64,000 nt of DNA from Clostridia bacterium (GCA_046484975.1 JAWOHX010000011.1:3611-67610), one strand, 5' to 3'; shown: positions 32,158 through 44,570, counted from the first letter of the stretch. A program made the numbers and translations. The notes: generated from the letters alone by a model not told the origin.

Positions 32158-32507
32158 TCTGCGACAACAACAAGATTGAAATCGCCATGCCCTGCAAAGC
32201 GGAATACGTCGGGATCCTGAGGTTGGCTTCCGCCGGTGCTGCCAACGAGGCGGGGTTTGACATCGAAACCATCGATGATGTCAAAATACTGGTCTCGGAA
32301 ATTTTCAACAGTGTCTTCAATGCCGGGATTCCTTCCTTTAAGACGGACATCCACATGGAAAAAGGAAAGCTTTTCATTGACTTCGAAGTATGCGAGGGCA
32401 ACGACATCCTGGCAGGAGCCAACGACATGACGCTTCCCATCCTGGAGGCCCTTGCAAGGGAAGTGACCGTCCATGGCAGGAATAAAATATCGCTGGTGAT
32501 CGTATAA
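32154..32507 (+). CDS. short anti-sigma-factor-like protein with degenerate HATPase fold (no G1/G2 boxes)
   Basis: The N-terminal half aligns with the SpoIIAB/RsbW pattern (IAMPCKAEYVGILRLASAGAA...VKILVSEIFNSVFNAG), but the N-box His and the DxGxG ATP-lid motifs are absent. Confidence 0.55.
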   Translation: MICDNNKIEIAMPCKAEYVGILRLASAGAANEAGFDIETIDDVKILVSEIFNSVFNAGIPSFKTDIHMEKGKLFIDFEVCEGNDILAGANDMTLPILEALAREVTVHGRNKISLVIV

Positions 32508-33232
32508 TGGAATCAGAAAACAGAATTTTTCAATTGTACAGGGATACGGGCGACATTGAGGTGCGCAACGAGATTGTCGAGAGATATTATTACCTCGCTG
32601 AGACCCTGGCGAAAAAATTCAGGAACAGGGGCGTGGAATATGACGACCTCATACAGATCGGGTCCCTTGCGCTGATCAAAGCGGCGGAGCGATTCGACCA
32701 TGGGAAAGGCATCAAGTTCATCACCTTTGCCACCCCCACCATCATCGGTGAAATTAAAAAATATTTCAGGGACAAGGCTTCGTCCGTCCGGATGCCCAGG
32801 AAATACTACGAGGCCTATCCCCTGGTCAAGAACGCCCTGGACACATTGATTCATGAACAGGGGCAGTACCCCACTGCGGATGAAATCGCCGGCGTGACCC
32901 ATCTGAAGGCTGAGGAAGTGCTTGAAATATTGGAAATGGCAAAAAGCGGGAGCATCCTTTCCCTGGACGAGGAATATGAAGAGGAAGGGCTCACCCGGAT
33001 GGACAGCCTGAGCCAGACGGAGATGGGGTTTGAGCAGATCGAGAACATTGAGGTCTACAGGATGGCACTGGACATGCTGGAAGAGGAGGAACGGGAAATC
33101 ATCCTCATGCGGCTTGAAAAAGGGTTCACCCAGAAAAAGATTGCCGAGGTGACGGGGTATTCCCAGATGTACATCTCCCGGCTGGAGAAGAAAATCTACA
33201 GGAAACTGAAAGGATTGATCCAGACAGAATGA
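32507..33232 (+). CDS. RNA polymerase sigma factor, sigma-70 group 3 (SigB/F/G-like)
   Basis: Region 2 (DLIQIGSLALIKAAERFDHGKGIKFITFATPTIIGEIKKYFRD) and region 4 HTH (TQKKIAEVTGYSQMYISRLEKK). Confidence 0.9.
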   Translation: MESENRIFQLYRDTGDIEVRNEIVERYYYLAETLAKKFRNRGVEYDDLIQIGSLALIKAAERFDHGKGIKFITFATPTIIGEIKKYFRDKASSVRMPRKYYEAYPLVKNALDTLIHEQGQYPTADEIAGVTHLKAEEVLEILEMAKSGSILSLDEEYEEEGLTRMDSLSQTEMGFEQIENIEVYRMALDMLEEEEREIILMRLEKGFTQKKIAEVTGYSQMYISRLEKKIYRKLKGLIQTE

Positions 33233-33642
33233 TTGAAGAAAAGGACTATTCATTCCCTTCGGACACAAGCAGGATCCCCTCCTACGTGCAAGACATCCTG
33301 ATCGACTTGGGCAAGCATTCCCTCTGGTTCACGGGAGAAGCATTGTACAATGTCCGTGTCGTCCTCAGCGAGCTCATCGCCAACGCGGTGATCCACGGCA
33401 ACAGGAACAATCCGAGGAAGACTGTGGACATCCATATGGCTCTCGGGGAAAGGCGTCTGGAATTCCATGTCTTTGACAAGGGAAAAGGCTTTGAAATGAA
33501 AAAAATACCAAGGCAGAGACTCACCCGTGAAAGCTGCAGGGGCATCCTGATATGCACGAACATGTGCGACAACCTGGAGACTTGTTTCACCAGGGGGAAA
33601 GGCCATACCGTGTCCGTCATTTTTGAAAAGAAAAAGGATTGA
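33229..33642 (+). CDS. anti-sigma factor serine kinase (HATPase_c, SpoIIAB/RsbW-like)
   Basis: N-box VLSELIANAVIHG and G1 box VFDKGKGF. 137 aa. The ATGA overlaps the sigma gene stop. Confidence 0.8.
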   Translation: MIEEKDYSFPSDTSRIPSYVQDILIDLGKHSLWFTGEALYNVRVVLSELIANAVIHGNRNNPRKTVDIHMALGERRLEFHVFDKGKGFEMKKIPRQRLTRESCRGILICTNMCDNLETCFTRGKGHTVSVIFEKKKD

Positions 33643-33739
33643 ATGCTTGACACCGGCTCGTTTCCTATGATATCTTATATTGTGCTTAAGGAAGGTTCTT
33701 TTTTTTTGTATAAAAGAATCATTATCGGAGGGAAAAGCA

Positions 33740-33889
33740 ATGAGAGACAAAGTGACATTGGCTTGTACTGAATGCAAGCAGAGGAACTATATCACGAAAA
33801 AGAACAAGAAGAACACACCGGACAGGCTGGAGTTCAGCAAGTACTGCAAATTCTGCAGCAAACATACCCCTCACAGGGAAACAAAATAA
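33740..33889 (+). CDS. rpmG: 50S ribosomal protein L33
   Basis: [17 protein letters not shown]...[12 protein letters not shown], a Cys4 zinc ribbon; 49 aa. Confidence 0.9.
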   Translation: MRDKVTLACTECKQRNYITKKNKKNTPDRLEFSKYCKFCSKHTPHRETK

Positions 33890-33896
33890 GGCGGGA

Positions 33897-34109
33897 GTGT
33901 ATCAAAAAATGACCGTTGTGAAGAAAGCCAGGTTCAAAGGTTTCTTTAAAGAGATTGGACAGGAGTTGAAAAAGGTCGTATGGCCGACCAAAGAGCAGCT
34001 CATTAAGAATACAGTGACAGTCATCGTGGTATGCGTCATCGTCGGCGTCATCATATGGTTGTTCGACATGGGTCTTTCTGCTCTCATCAGAGCTTTTGTG
34101 CTAAGGTAA
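33897..34109 (+). CDS. secE: preprotein translocase subunit SecE
   Basis: FFKEIGQELKKVVWPTKEQL followed by a single TM helix. Conserved position before nusG. Confidence 0.85.
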   Translation: MYQKMTVVKKARFKGFFKEIGQELKKVVWPTKEQLIKNTVTVIVVCVIVGVIIWLFDMGLSALIRAFVLR

Positions 34110-34120
34110 GGGGCGTATGC

Positions 34121-34672
34121 ATGTCTGAAGAAAACCAAACAACCGCATCGGAGAATTCCAACGCAAAATGGTATGTGGTGCATACCTATTCCGGCTATGA
34201 AAACAAGGTGAAGGCCAACCTTGAGAAGATCGTGGAGAACAGGGGCATGCATGAGCACATCGAGGAAATCGTCGTGCCCATGGAGGAAGTCATCGAGGAA
34301 AAAGCCGGTAAAAGGAAAGTGACATTCAAAAAGATATTCCCCGGATACGTTCTGGTCAAGATGGTCATGAGTGATGAGTCCTGGTATGTGGTCAGGAACA
34401 CCAGGGGCGTCACCGGTTTCGTCGGCCCTTCCGCGAAGCCCGTGCCCTTGTCACCGGATGAGGTCAAGACCATGCGCCTGGAAGGTGTGGAGACGGTTGT
34501 GGACTACTCCGTGGGAGACAATGTACGGGTCATCGAGGGGCCGCTGGAGAATTTCGTGGGCACCGTCGAGGAAGTCCACAGGGAAAAAAGAAAGATACGC
34601 GTCCTGATATCCATGTTCGGCAGGGAGACTCCCGTGGAACTGGAATACGGACAGATTCAGATCATACTATAA
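34121..34672 (+). CDS. nusG: transcription termination/antitermination factor NusG
   Basis: KWYVVHTYSGYENKV NGN domain and a C-terminal KOW (GDNVRVIEGPLENFVGTVEEV). Confidence 0.95.
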   Translation: MSEENQTTASENSNAKWYVVHTYSGYENKVKANLEKIVENRGMHEHIEEIVVPMEEVIEEKAGKRKVTFKKIFPGYVLVKMVMSDESWYVVRNTRGVTGFVGPSAKPVPLSPDEVKTMRLEGVETVVDYSVGDNVRVIEGPLENFVGTVEEVHREKRKIRVLISMFGRETPVELEYGQIQIIL

Positions 34673-34696
34673 AAATAAATTGGGAGGTGGATACAC

Positions 34697-35122
34697 ATGG
34701 CAAAAAAAGTAACCGGCTACATCAAACTGCAGATCCCTGCAGGAAAAGCTACACCGGCTCCACCGGTTGGACCAGCCCTGGGACAGCATGGTGTCAACAT
34801 CATGGGGTTCTGCAAGGAGTTTAATGAAAGAACAAAAAATGATATGGGACTGATCATCCCCGTTGTCATCACCGTTTTTGCGGACAGGTCTTTCACTTTC
34901 ATCACCAAAACTCCCCCGGCTGCGGTTCTTCTGAAGAAGGCCTGTAAAATTGAAAGTGGGTCGGGCGTTCCAAACAAGGACAAGGTGGCAAAAATTTCAA
35001 AAGAGGAAGTCCAAAAGATTGCTGAGTTGAAAATGACGGACCTGAATGCGGGAAGCATCGAATCCGCCATCAGCATGATTTCGGGAACAGCAAGAAGCAT
35101 GGGCATCGTCGTAACGGACTGA
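34697..35122 (+). CDS. rplK: 50S ribosomal protein L11
   Basis: [34 protein letters not shown] is diagnostic. Confidence 0.96.
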   Translation: MAKKVTGYIKLQIPAGKATPAPPVGPALGQHGVNIMGFCKEFNERTKNDMGLIIPVVITVFADRSFTFITKTPPAAVLLKKACKIESGSGVPNKDKVAKISKEEVQKIAELKMTDLNAGSIESAISMISGTARSMGIVVTD

Positions 35123-35185
35123 TGCGCATTCATTGTGGGAGGGACGATTGTCCCGAACAAAAGCAACCACGAAGGAGACGATGAT

Positions 35186-35881
35186 ATGAAAAGAGGAAAG
35201 AAATACTTACAGAGCAGCGAGCTGTTCGACAAGACCCAGACTTATGAAACACAGCAGGCGCTGGAACTGGTGCAAAAGACAGCGAAAGCGAAGTTCGATG
35301 AGACGGTGGAAGCCCATATCAGGCTGGGTGTTGATTCCAGGCATGCGGACCAGCAGGTCAGGGGAGCTGTCGTACTGCCCCACGGCACCGGAAAAACTGT
35401 CCGGGTGCTCGTATTCGCCAAAGGGGACAAAGCAAAGGAAGCCGAAGCCGCCGGTGCGGATTACGTCGGCGCCGAGGAGCTGGCGGATAAAATTAAGAAT
35501 GAGAACTGGTTTTTATTCGATGTGGCCATCGCAACTCCGGACATGATGGGCGTGGTAGGAAAAATCGGCCGTGTACTTGGACCCAAAGGCCTGATGCCCA
35601 ACCCGAAGGCAGGCACGGTGACCATGGATGTGAGCAAAGCCGTTTCCGATTCCAAAGCCGGAAAGATCGAATACAGGCTTGACAAGACCAATATCATCCA
35701 TTGCCCCATCGGGAAAGTATCCTTCGGAACGGAAAAACTGTCGGATAATTTCAAGACTCTCATGGAGGCCATCATCAAAGCGAAACCCTCTGCTTCCAAA
35801 GGCCAGTACCTTAGGAATGTGGTCGTTACATCCACCATGGGGCCTGGCATCAAGGTGAATACGCAGAAAGTGCTTGATTAA
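35186..35881 (+). CDS. rplA: 50S ribosomal protein L1
   Basis: MKRGKKY start; [24 protein letters not shown]. 231 aa. Confidence 0.95.
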   Translation: MKRGKKYLQSSELFDKTQTYETQQALELVQKTAKAKFDETVEAHIRLGVDSRHADQQVRGAVVLPHGTGKTVRVLVFAKGDKAKEAEAAGADYVGAEELADKIKNENWFLFDVAIATPDMMGVVGKIGRVLGPKGLMPNPKAGTVTMDVSKAVSDSKAGKIEYRLDKTNIIHCPIGKVSFGTEKLSDNFKTLMEAIIKAKPSASKGQYLRNVVVTSTMGPGIKVNTQKVLD

Positions 35882-36053
35882 CGGGAACATATTGGTTATA
35901 ATGCATAAAGTAGATATGCCATAGACAGCAGGAGCTTTAAAAAGCGTAACGACATCCGTCTTCCTGCCGAGGTGAGATTTCCTTTTGAAGGATGATATCC
36001 TCGTATGTCTGTGTATATACGGGGATTTTTATATAGTAAGGAGGTGTGGAAAA
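35882..36053 (+). promoter_or_regulatory. rplJ 5' leader (candidate L10(L12)4 autoregulatory leader)
   Basis: Untranslated 170-nt structured spacer between rplA and rplJ, at the position of the conserved L10 leader in Firmicutes. Ends in AGGAGG and the GTG start. Confidence 0.4.
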
Positions 36054-36590
36054 GTGGCCAGTGAAAAGATACTTGACAAAAAGAAAAAGCAGGTTGAAGT
36101 GATCAACAAAAAACTCATCGAAGCAGGATCCTTCGTACTTGCCGACTACAGGGGACTGACGGTGGAACAGGATACAAAGCTCCGGGCGGAAATGCGAAAA
36201 GCCGGGGTTGATTATTCGGTAATCAAGAACAGCATCCTCAGGTTCGCAATACAGGGTACTGCCTATGAATCACTGGAATCTTATCTGGAAGGCCCCACGG
36301 CGGTCGCCTTCAGTGACGACCAGGTGAAGCCGGCGAAGATTCTTTTGAAATTTGCAAAGGACTTCAAGGTTCTGGAAATCAAAGCCGGGGCGGTGGACGG
36401 CAATGTCATCAACCTTTCCGGGGTGGAATTGCTAGCGAACCTTCCTTCAAAAGAGGAATTGATCGCGAAAATGCTGGGAAGCATGAACAGGCCCGTCACA
36501 GGGTTGGTTTATGTGTTGTCGGCAAATATCAGGGGTCTGGCGGTCGCCTTGCAGGCCATCGTCGATCAAAAACAAAGTGAAAGCGCTTAG
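36054..36590 (+). CDS. rplJ: 50S ribosomal protein L10
   Basis: GTG start 9 nt after AGGAGG. ASEKILDKKKKQVEVINKKL...LADYRGLTVEQDTKLR. Confidence 0.9.
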   Translation: MASEKILDKKKKQVEVINKKLIEAGSFVLADYRGLTVEQDTKLRAEMRKAGVDYSVIKNSILRFAIQGTAYESLESYLEGPTAVAFSDDQVKPAKILLKFAKDFKVLEIKAGAVDGNVINLSGVELLANLPSKEELIAKMLGSMNRPVTGLVYVLSANIRGLAVALQAIVDQKQSESA

Positions 36591-36616
36591 CATAATGAAA
36601 TTGGAGGATTTGAAAC

Positions 36617-37006
36617 ATGAATGAGAAATTGCAGAAATTAATGGAAGAAATCAAAGGAATGACGGTCATCGAACTGTCTGAACTGGTTAAGGCCCTTGAA
36701 ACGGAATTTGGCGTCTCAGCGGCCGCCCCTGTCTCTGCCGCAGCGGCAGGAGCACCTGCAGCAGGCGGAGCACCTGCGGAAGCTGTTGAAGAACAGACCG
36801 AATTCGACGTCATCCTCAAAGAAGTGGGAGCCGAGAAAATCAAGGTCATCAAAGTGGTCAGGGAAGTCACGGGACTCGGGCTGAAGGAAGCCAAGGACCT
36901 GGTGGACGGCGCCCCCAACACAGTCAAGGAAGCCATTTCCAAGCAGGATGCGGAAGGCATCGCAACGAAATTCAAGGAAGTCGGAGCCACCTGCGAAATC
37001 AAATAA
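36617..37006 (+). CDS. rplL: 50S ribosomal protein L7/L12
   Basis: Ala/Pro-rich hinge ([22 protein letters not shown]) and a C-terminal domain ([25 protein letters not shown]). Confidence 0.96.
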   Translation: MNEKLQKLMEEIKGMTVIELSELVKALETEFGVSAAAPVSAAAAGAPAAGGAPAEAVEEQTEFDVILKEVGAEKIKVIKVVREVTGLGLKEAKDLVDGAPNTVKEAISKQDAEGIATKFKEVGATCEIK

Positions 37007-37021
37007 TGGAAATACAACCGG

Positions 37022-37050
37022 AAACGGGGGGGATTCCCCCCGTTTTTCGT
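37022..37050 (+). terminator. intrinsic terminator after rplL
   Basis: AACGGGGGGG-att-CCCCCCGTT stem followed by TTTCGTTGTTTG. Confidence 0.8.
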
Positions 37051-37098
37051 TGTTTGTGCGTGGAAAAAATCAAGAAAAAATCATTCATTCATTTTTAA

Positions 37099-37127
37099 TT
37101 GACAAAAAAAATGAATAATGATAAAAT
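37099..37127 (+). promoter_or_regulatory. sigma-A promoter for rpoBC (TTGACA-17-TGaTAAAAT, extended -10)
   Basis: TTGACA at 37099-37104, a 17-nt spacer, then TGATAAAAT at 37119-37127. An AT-rich UP-like region lies upstream. Confidence 0.7.
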
Positions 37128-37295
37128 GACTAAATGTGCGATTATGTATATGTGCTTGACCACCCCTTCAATGCCAACCGGAATTTCAAAATCAGGGGTG
37201 TCTGTTGGAATTATAGCATGCCAGCGCGGAAAATGCAATAAAGCCGAACAGCATATGTGCATCTGAATAAATAAATAATATGAGGTGGAAATTAC

Positions 37296-40200
37296 ATGGT
37301 GCATCCCATCAAATTAGGCAAAAAGGAACGCATGAGTTTTTCAAAAATCAATGAAGTTCTGGAGATGCCTAATCTTATTGAAGTCCAAAAAAAGTCTTAT
37401 CAATGGTTTTTAGAAGAAGGATTGAAAGAAGTGTTCAAGGATGTTTCCCCAATCACAGACTATACCGGGAACCTTGTCCTTGAATTTATCGACCATAAGA
37501 TAGAGGAGGCGCCGAAATACTCCGTCCAGGAATGCAAGGAAAGGGACGCCACATACCAGGCACCATTGAGGGTGAAGGTCCGCCTGATCAACACTGAGAC
37601 AGGCGAAATCAAGGAACAGGAGATCTTCATGGGGGATTTCCCCCTCATGACCACGACGGGCACCTTCATCATCAACGGCGCGGAGAGGGTCATCGTCAGC
37701 CAGCTGGTGCGCTCACCCGGTGCATATTACACGGAGAAAAAGGATAAGTCGGGAAAAAGCCTTTATTCCAGCACCCTCATCCCGAACAGAGGTGCATGGA
37801 TTGAATACGAGACCGACTCCAATGATGTTTTCTATGTCAGAATCGACCGGACCCGCAAACTGCCTCTCACCGTATTGATCCGGGCGCTGGGGTACGGTAC
37901 CGATACCCAGATCAATCAGTTCTTTGGCAACGACTCCCTGTTGGAGGCCACGTTTTCCAAAGATGCGGCCAAATCGGTGGAAGAAGGACTGTATGAGATC
38001 TACCACAGGCTGAGGCCAGGGGAACCCCCAACCGTGGAAAGCGCCTCCGCTTTGTTCAACAACCTGTTTTTCGACCCGAAAAGATACGACATGGCACGGT
38101 TTGGACGATACAAGTTCAACAAGAAGCTTGCCATATCCAACAGGATCCTTGACACCATTGCCGCGGAAGACATCAAACATCCCAAAACAGGAGAGATCTT
38201 TGCCAAAGAAGGCGACAGGATCGACCATGAGACCGCGCTGAAGATTGAAATCAGCGGCATAAACGAGGTGCTCATCCTGACGGACAACAGGAAGTTCAAG
38301 GTCATCGGCAACAAGACCGTTGAGTTGGCCCCCTTCGTGAATTTCAATTATAAAAAATTCAGTCTTACGGAAAAAGTGAATTATGAAGTGTTGATGGATA
38401 TCCTCGCCACATGCAAGACGGATGAGGAGATCATGGAGGCCTTTGTTGAGAAAAAGCAGGACCTGTCCCCGAAATCCATCACCAAGGCAGACATCATGGC
38501 ATCCATCAGTTATCTGATCGGGCTTTCCTGTGGCACCGGGAACACTGATGACATCGACCATCTGGGAAACAGAAGGATCCGTTCTGTCGGTGAGTTGCTC
38601 CAGAACCAGTTCAGAATAGGCTTCGCCAGGATGGAGAGGGTCATTCGGGAAAGGATGACCATTCAGGACATTGACATCATCACACCCCAGGCCCTGATCA
38701 ACATCCGGCCCATCACCGCAGCCATCAAGGAGTTCTTCGGGTCCAGTCAGCTGTCCCAGTTCATGGACCAACCCAATCCCCTGGCCGAACTGACTCATAA
38801 GAGAAGGCTCAGCGCTCTGGGACCTGGGGGATTGAGCAGGGAAAGGGCCAGCTTCGAGGTGAGGGACGTCCATTACTCCCATTACGGAAGGATGTGCCCC
38901 ATCGAGACCCCGGAAGGTCCCAACATCGGCCTGATTGCATCCTTGAGCACATTCGCCCGGATCAATGAATATGGTTTCATCGAGACTCCCTACAGGAAAG
39001 TGGACAAGGCCACAGGCATCGTGACAAGCCAGGTGGACTACCTGACTGCCGATTCCGAGGACAACTTCATTGTGGCTCAGGCCAATGCGCTGCTGACCGA
39101 AGAAGGAAAGTTCCTGAACAACAGGGTGAATGTACGGTTTAAAAGCGATAAGATCAACGTGGACTCCAACCGCGTGGACTACATGGATGTGTCCCCGAAG
39201 CAACTGGTCTCGGTGGCCACAAGCATGATTCCATTCCTGGAGAACGACGACGCAAACAGGGCCCTGATGGGATCCAACATGCAACGGCAGGCAGTTCCCC
39301 TGATCAAGCCTGAATCACCCATCATCGCAACCGGGATGGAATACAAGGTGGCCAAGGATTCCGGAGTATGCGCCATCGCCGAGGAAGCCGGCATTGTTGA
39401 AAGTGTGACGGCCAATAAAATTGTAATCAGAGGCGCGGACAAAACAAGATATGACTATGACCTGTTGAAATACAAACGTTCCAACCAGGGGACATGCATC
39501 AACCAGAGGCCCATTGTCTCAAAAGGGGAATCAGTTGAAAAAGGACAGATTCTCGCCGATGGCCCGGCCACGGAAGGCGGAGAGATTTCCCTTGGGAAAA
39601 ACATCCTGGTGGGATTCATGACATGGGAGGGTTACAATTATGAGGATGCCATCCTGATCAGCGAGAAGCTTGTGCAGGATGATGTGTTCACATCCATCCA
39701 TATAGAGGAATACGACATCGAGGCAAGGGACACAAAGCTCGGGCCCGAGGACATCACCAGGGACATTCCTAATGTCGGGGAGGAAGCCCTGAAGGACCTG
39801 GACGAAAGAGGTGTCATCCGCATCGGTGCAGAGGTCCGCTCCGGCGACATCCTTGTCGGCAAGGTCACCCCGAAAGGGGAAACCGAGCTGACTCCCGAGG
39901 AGCGGCTCCTCAGGGCCATATTCGGTGAGAAATCAAGGGACGTCAGGGACACATCCCTCCGGGTTCCCCATGGGGAATCAGGGATCATTGTGGATGTGAA
40001 GGTGTTCACCAAGGAAGAAGGTGACGAACTCAACCCTGGCGTCAACGAAATGGTCCGGGTGTTCATCGCCCAGAAACGGAAAGTCTCCATCGGTGACAAG
40101 ATGGCCGGCAGGCACGGAAACAAAGGGGTCATATCAAAAATCATGCCCGCGGAAGACATGCCATTCCTCCCCGACGGGACCCCTCTGGAAATCGTCCTGA

Positions 40201-41006
40201 ATCCCCTGGGTGTACCTTCTAGGATGAACATCGGCCAGGTTCTGGAGGTTCATCTCGGTTATGCGGCCAAGGCGCTGGGATGGAGAATCGCGACCCCTGT
40301 TTTTGACGGGGCCTCGGAACTGGACATTTTTGAATGCCTCAAAATGGCTGGCATCAACCAGGACGGGAAATCCGTGCTGTATGACGGGAGAACAGGCCAG
40401 CCTTTCAACAACCGGGTCACCGTGGGATTCATGTACATGCTGAAGTTGGCCCATCTGGTGGATGATAAAATCCATGCCAGATCCACCGGCCCATATTCCC
40501 TGGTCACCCAGCAGCCGCTGGGAGGCAAGGCCCAGTTCGGCGGACAACGCTTCGGGGAAATGGAAGTATGGGCATTGGAGGCATATGGCGCCGCCTACAC
40601 GCTTCAGGAAATGCTCACGGTGAAATCTGATGATGTCATCGGAAGGGTCAAGACATATGAGGCCATCGTGAAAGGGGAGAATGTCCCCCGGGCCGGTATA
40701 CCGGAAGCCTTCAAAGTCCTTGTCAAGGAATTCCAAAGCCTTGCCCTGGATGTGAGGGTGTTCGCCAGCGACAATACGGAGGTCCGCATCAAGGACACCA
40801 GTGAGGAAGATTATGTCAAGTTGAATGTCAACCTGTCGGGGACAGAGGATTACGACTACATGGAAGACGAACTGTTCACCATGGACAAGCCCCGCAAGCC
40901 AGTTGAAAGCATTGACATTCTGGAAGATGACAACGAAGAAGACGTCCTGGACAGCATGATCGTGGAAGACATCGAGGACGAGGCAGTCGAAGAAGATACC
41001 GAGTAA
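37296..41006 (+). CDS. rpoB: DNA-directed RNA polymerase subunit beta
   Basis: 1236 aa with the rifampicin cluster region ([32 protein letters not shown]) and the conserved C-terminal motifs. Confidence 0.98.
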   Translation: MVHPIKLGKKERMSFSKINEVLEMPNLIEVQKKSYQWFLEEGLKEVFKDVSPITDYTGNLVLEFIDHKIEEAPKYSVQECKERDATYQAPLRVKVRLINTETGEIKEQEIFMGDFPLMTTTGTFIINGAERVIVSQLVRSPGAYYTEKKDKSGKSLYSSTLIPNRGAWIEYETDSNDVFYVRIDRTRKLPLTVLIRALGYGTDTQINQFFGNDSLLEATFSKDAAKSVEEGLYEIYHRLRPGEPPTVESASALFNNLFFDPKRYDMARFGRYKFNKKLAISNRILDTIAAEDIKHPKTGEIFAKEGDRIDHETALKIEISGINEVLILTDNRKFKVIGNKTVELAPFVNFNYKKFSLTEKVNYEVLMDILATCKTDEEIMEAFVEKKQDLSPKSITKADIMASISYLIGLSCGTGNTDDIDHLGNRRIRSVGELLQNQFRIGFARMERVIRERMTIQDIDIITPQALINIRPITAAIKEFFGSSQLSQFMDQPNPLAELTHKRRLSALGPGGLSRERASFEVRDVHYSHYGRMCPIETPEGPNIGLIASLSTFARINEYGFIETPYRKVDKATGIVTSQVDYLTADSEDNFIVAQANALLTEEGKFLNNRVNVRFKSDKINVDSNRVDYMDVSPKQLVSVATSMIPFLENDDANRALMGSNMQRQAVPLIKPESPIIATGMEYKVAKDSGVCAIAEEAGIVESVTANKIVIRGADKTRYDYDLLKYKRSNQGTCINQRPIVSKGESVEKGQILADGPATEGGEISLGKNILVGFMTWEGYNYEDAILISEKLVQDDVFTSIHIEEYDIEARDTKLGPEDITRDIPNVGEEALKDLDERGVIRIGAEVRSGDILVGKVTPKGETELTPEERLLRAIFGEKSRDVRDTSLRVPHGESGIIVDVKVFTKEEGDELNPGVNEMVRVFIAQKRKVSIGDKMAGRHGNKGVISKIMPAEDMPFLPDGTPLEIVLNPLGVPSRMNIGQVLEVHLGYAAKALGWRIATPVFDGASELDIFECLKMAGINQDGKSVLYDGRTGQPFNNRVTVGFMYMLKLAHLVDDKIHARSTGPYSLVTQQPLGGKAQFGGQRFGEMEVWALEAYGAAYTLQEMLTVKSDDVIGRVKTYEAIVKGENVPRAGIPEAFKVLVKEFQSLALDVRVFASDNTEVRIKDTSEEDYVKLNVNLSGTEDYDYMEDELFTMDKPRKPVESIDILEDDNEEDVLDSMIVEDIEDEAVEEDTE

Positions 41007-41027
41007 AGGGTGGAAGGAGCATAAACT

Positions 41028-44000
41028 GTGCAGGATTATGATAATTTTGATGTTATAAAAATCGGGCTGGCTTCGCCGGAACAGATCAGGGAGTGGTCAA
41101 AAGGCGAAGTGAAAAAACCTGAGACGATAAATTACAGGACACTCAAGCCGGAAAGGGACGGATTGTTCTGCGAAAGGATATTCGGACCCACGAAGGACTG
41201 GGAATGCCACTGCGGGAAATACAAAAGGATACGCTACAAGGGTGTGATATGCGACCGCTGTGGGGTCGAAGTCACCAGAAGCAAGGTCAGGAGGGAACGG
41301 ATGGGCCATATCGAGTTGGCCGCCCCCGTTTCCCATATCTGGTATTTCAGGGGGATTCCCAGCCGGATGGGACTGGTCCTGGACATGAGTCCAAGGGCTC
41401 TGGAAAGGGTGCTGTATTTCAATGCATTCGTTGTTCTGGATCCCGGTGAAACAGGATTGTTGAAAAAACAGATTCTCAACGACAGGGAATACAGGGAGAA
41501 CCAGGAGAAATACGGAAAATCATTCAAAGCGGAGATGGGTGCGGAGGCAATCAAGAAGCTGCTGGACGAAATCAACCTGGAAGAAGAATGCGAGTCATTG
41601 AAACATGAACTCAGGAACAGTTCAGGCCAGAAGAAAGTCCGGATCATCAAACGGCTTGAGACACTGGAGTCCTTCCGGATATCCGGCAACAAGCCGGACT
41701 GGATGATTCTCGATGTGGTACCTGTGATACCTCCCGATCTGCGACCCATGGTGCAGCTTGACGGCGGCCGTTTTGCAACAAGCGACCTCAATGACCTGTA
41801 CAGAAGGGTCATCAACCGGAACAACCGGCTCAAGCGTCTCCTGGACCTGGGGGCACCCGACATCATCGTACGCAACGAGAAAAGAATGCTTCAGGAAGCC
41901 GTGGATGCCTTGATCAACAACGGCAGGAAAGGCAAACCGGTCACAGGCCCCGGCAACAGGCCCCTCAAGTCCCTTTCGGACATGCTCCGGGGAAAACAGG
42001 GAAGGTTCCGTCAGAACCTCCTCGGGAAACGCGTGGACTATTCAGGCCGGTCGGTCATCGTCATCGGCCCCGAGCTTAAACTATACCAATGCGGGTTGCC
42101 AAAGGAAATGGCCCTGGAGCTCTTTAAGCCCTTTGTCATGAAAAGGCTTGTCAGCGACGGGATTGCCCATAACATCAAAAGCGCAAAAAGAATGGTGGAA
42201 AGAGTCCGTTCAGAAGTGTGGGACATACTGGAGGAGGTCATCAAGGACCATCCCGTTTTATTGAACAGGGCGCCGACTCTCCACAGGCTTGGCATACAGG
42301 CCTTTGAGCCCAAACTGGTGGAAGGCCGCGCCATCCAGCTGCATCCGCTGGTCTGCAATGCATACAACGCGGATTTCGACGGGGACCAGATGGCCGTCCA
42401 TGTTCCCCTTTCAGCGGAATCCCAGGCGGAAGCCAGGTTCCTGATGCTCTCCGCAAACAACCTCCTTGCACCCAAGGATGGGAAACCCATCACGGTTCCC
42501 ACCCAGGACATGGTCCTGGGAAGCTATTACCTGACCATCAGCAAAGACGGGGAAAAGGGAGAGGGAAAAGCTTTTGGGGGCATCAATGAGATTCTGATGG
42601 CACTTGACGAGAATGATATCACCCTCCATTCGAAGATCAGAATGAGAACGGAAAAAATCATTGACGGCAAGAAGGTCAGCAGGGTCATCAATGTCACCGC
42701 CGGCAAGGTTATTTTCAATGAAATCATACCCCAGGATCTCGGATTTGTGGACAGGACGAACCCGGATACCTTCATGGACCTTGAGATTGCTGAAGTGGTG
42801 GGTAAAAAACAGCTTCAGAAAATCATCCAGCAGCTGATCAATTGCCATGGTACCACGAAAGCGGCGGAGATTCTGGACAAGATCAAGGAGATCGGATTCG
42901 CATATTCCACCAAGGGTGCCATCACCATCAGCGTCAGCGACATGGTGATCCCCGAGGAGAAACCCATTCTCATCGATGAAACCGAGAAACAGGTGGAAAA
43001 AGTCACCAACCAGTTCAGAAGGGGACTGATCACCAACGAGGAACGATACAATTCCGTCATCAAGCTGTGGACGGAGACCGGGGACAAGGTCACACAGGCC
43101 CTGATGAACGGGCTGGATCCCATGAATCCCCTCTACATCATGTCCAGGTCGGGTGCAAGGGGTGACGAGAATCAGATCAAACAGCTGGCAGGAATGAGGG
43201 GACTGATGTTCGACACATCAGGGAAGATCATTGAGATTCCCATCAAATCGAATTTCCGCGAGGGATTGAATGTTCTGGAATTCTTCATTTCCAGCAACGG
43301 GGCCAGAAAAGGTCTGGCGGATACGGCGCTGAGGACTGCTGACTCCGGATATCTCACCAGAAGGCTGGTGGATGTGAGCCATGATGTCATCATCAAGGAG
43401 ATGGACTGCAAGACCACCGGGGACATTGAGGTTTCCGCCATTTATGACGGAAAAGAGACCATCGAGACCTTGAGCGATAGAATCAAGGGCAGATATGTCA
43501 TCCATGAGGTTTTGGACCCGGAAACCGGTGAGGAACTGATTCCCAAGGATTGTTTCATCACCGATGACATGGCCAATGCAGTGGAAGACGCTGGAATCAA
43601 GAACATCAGGGTGAGATCCGCCCTTGCATGCAAGACTCGCAACGGCGTTTGCTCCAAATGCTACGGGATGAACCTGGCAACCCATGAACCCATATGCAAG
43701 GGAGAAGCGGTGGGAATCATCGCGGCCCAGTCCATCGGGGAGCCGGGAACACAGCTGACCATGAGAACCTTTCATACCGGCGGAATCGCAGGGGAAGACA
43801 TCACCCAGGGCCTTCCACGTGTGGAGGAACTGTTCGAGGCCAGGAAACCCAAGGGGCTTTCCATCATTTCAGAAATCGTCGGACAGGTGAAAATCAACGA
43901 AACGAAGATGAACAGGGAAATCATCATCGAGGGAGAGGACAAGGAAACCAAAATTTATACCATTCCATATGGATCGAGGATCAGCGTGGATGAAGGCCAG

Positions 44001-44564
44001 TCCGTGGAAGCCGGCGACGAATTGACGGAAGGCAGCATCAATCCCCATGATATCCTGCGGATCAAGGGACCCCAGGGAGTCCAGCAATACATTCTGCGGG
44101 AAGTGCAAAAGGTATATAAGATGCAGGGGATCGACATCAACGACAAACACATCGAGATCATCGTTCGCCAGATGATGAACAAGGTGAAAGTGGATGATTC
44201 CGGGGAAACCACCCTTCTGCCGGGCAGTTATGTGGACTATCTGGAATTTGAGAACCAGAACATCAAGGCTGAAAGCGAGGGCTTGAGGCCGGCGGAAGGG
44301 GAGCGCGTTCTGCTGGGGATCACCAAGGCATCCCTTGCGACGGAATCCTTCCTCTCGGCGGCATCCTTCCAGGAAACCACGAGGGTGCTCACCGATGCTT
44401 CCATCAAAGGAAAAACGGACCCACTCATCGGCCTGAAGGAGAATGTCATCATCGGCAAGCTGATACCGGCCGGGACAGGAATGGAAAGCTACCAGGAATA
44501 CGAGGTCTATGTCAATGAGAATCTGTTGGAGGCCGAGGAAGTATCCGAGGCGGTTTCTTCGTAG
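41028..44564 (+). CDS. rpoC: DNA-directed RNA polymerase subunit beta'
   Basis: GTG start. Zinc-binding [23 protein letters not shown] and the catalytic [12 protein letters not shown] motif. 1178 aa. Confidence 0.98.
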   Translation: MQDYDNFDVIKIGLASPEQIREWSKGEVKKPETINYRTLKPERDGLFCERIFGPTKDWECHCGKYKRIRYKGVICDRCGVEVTRSKVRRERMGHIELAAPVSHIWYFRGIPSRMGLVLDMSPRALERVLYFNAFVVLDPGETGLLKKQILNDREYRENQEKYGKSFKAEMGAEAIKKLLDEINLEEECESLKHELRNSSGQKKVRIIKRLETLESFRISGNKPDWMILDVVPVIPPDLRPMVQLDGGRFATSDLNDLYRRVINRNNRLKRLLDLGAPDIIVRNEKRMLQEAVDALINNGRKGKPVTGPGNRPLKSLSDMLRGKQGRFRQNLLGKRVDYSGRSVIVIGPELKLYQCGLPKEMALELFKPFVMKRLVSDGIAHNIKSAKRMVERVRSEVWDILEEVIKDHPVLLNRAPTLHRLGIQAFEPKLVEGRAIQLHPLVCNAYNADFDGDQMAVHVPLSAESQAEARFLMLSANNLLAPKDGKPITVPTQDMVLGSYYLTISKDGEKGEGKAFGGINEILMALDENDITLHSKIRMRTEKIIDGKKVSRVINVTAGKVIFNEIIPQDLGFVDRTNPDTFMDLEIAEVVGKKQLQKIIQQLINCHGTTKAAEILDKIKEIGFAYSTKGAITISVSDMVIPEEKPILIDETEKQVEKVTNQFRRGLITNEERYNSVIKLWTETGDKVTQALMNGLDPMNPLYIMSRSGARGDENQIKQLAGMRGLMFDTSGKIIEIPIKSNFREGLNVLEFFISSNGARKGLADTALRTADSGYLTRRLVDVSHDVIIKEMDCKTTGDIEVSAIYDGKETIETLSDRIKGRYVIHEVLDPETGEELIPKDCFITDDMANAVEDAGIKNIRVRSALACKTRNGVCSKCYGMNLATHEPICKGEAVGIIAAQSIGEPGTQLTMRTFHTGGIAGEDITQGLPRVEELFEARKPKGLSIISEIVGQVKINETKMNREIIIEGEDKETKIYTIPYGSRISVDEGQSVEAGDELTEGSINPHDILRIKGPQGVQQYILREVQKVYKMQGIDINDKHIEIIVRQMMNKVKVDDSGETTLLPGSYVDYLEFENQNIKAESEGLRPAEGERVLLGITKASLATESFLSAASFQETTRVLTDASIKGKTDPLIGLKENVIIGKLIPAGTGMESYQEYEVYVNENLLEAEEVSEAVSS

Positions 44565-44570
44565 TTTTTC

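Noticed and set aside
33642-33740. TTGACA in the rpmG upstream region as an operon promoter
   Set aside because: No -10 hexamer lies at 16-18 nt. Candidate -10s sit at 13 or 23 nt, so the promoter is left unannotated.
37713-39284. 523-aa minus-strand ORF inside rpoB
   Set aside because: Antisense to the universally conserved rpoB, so this is a spurious open frame.
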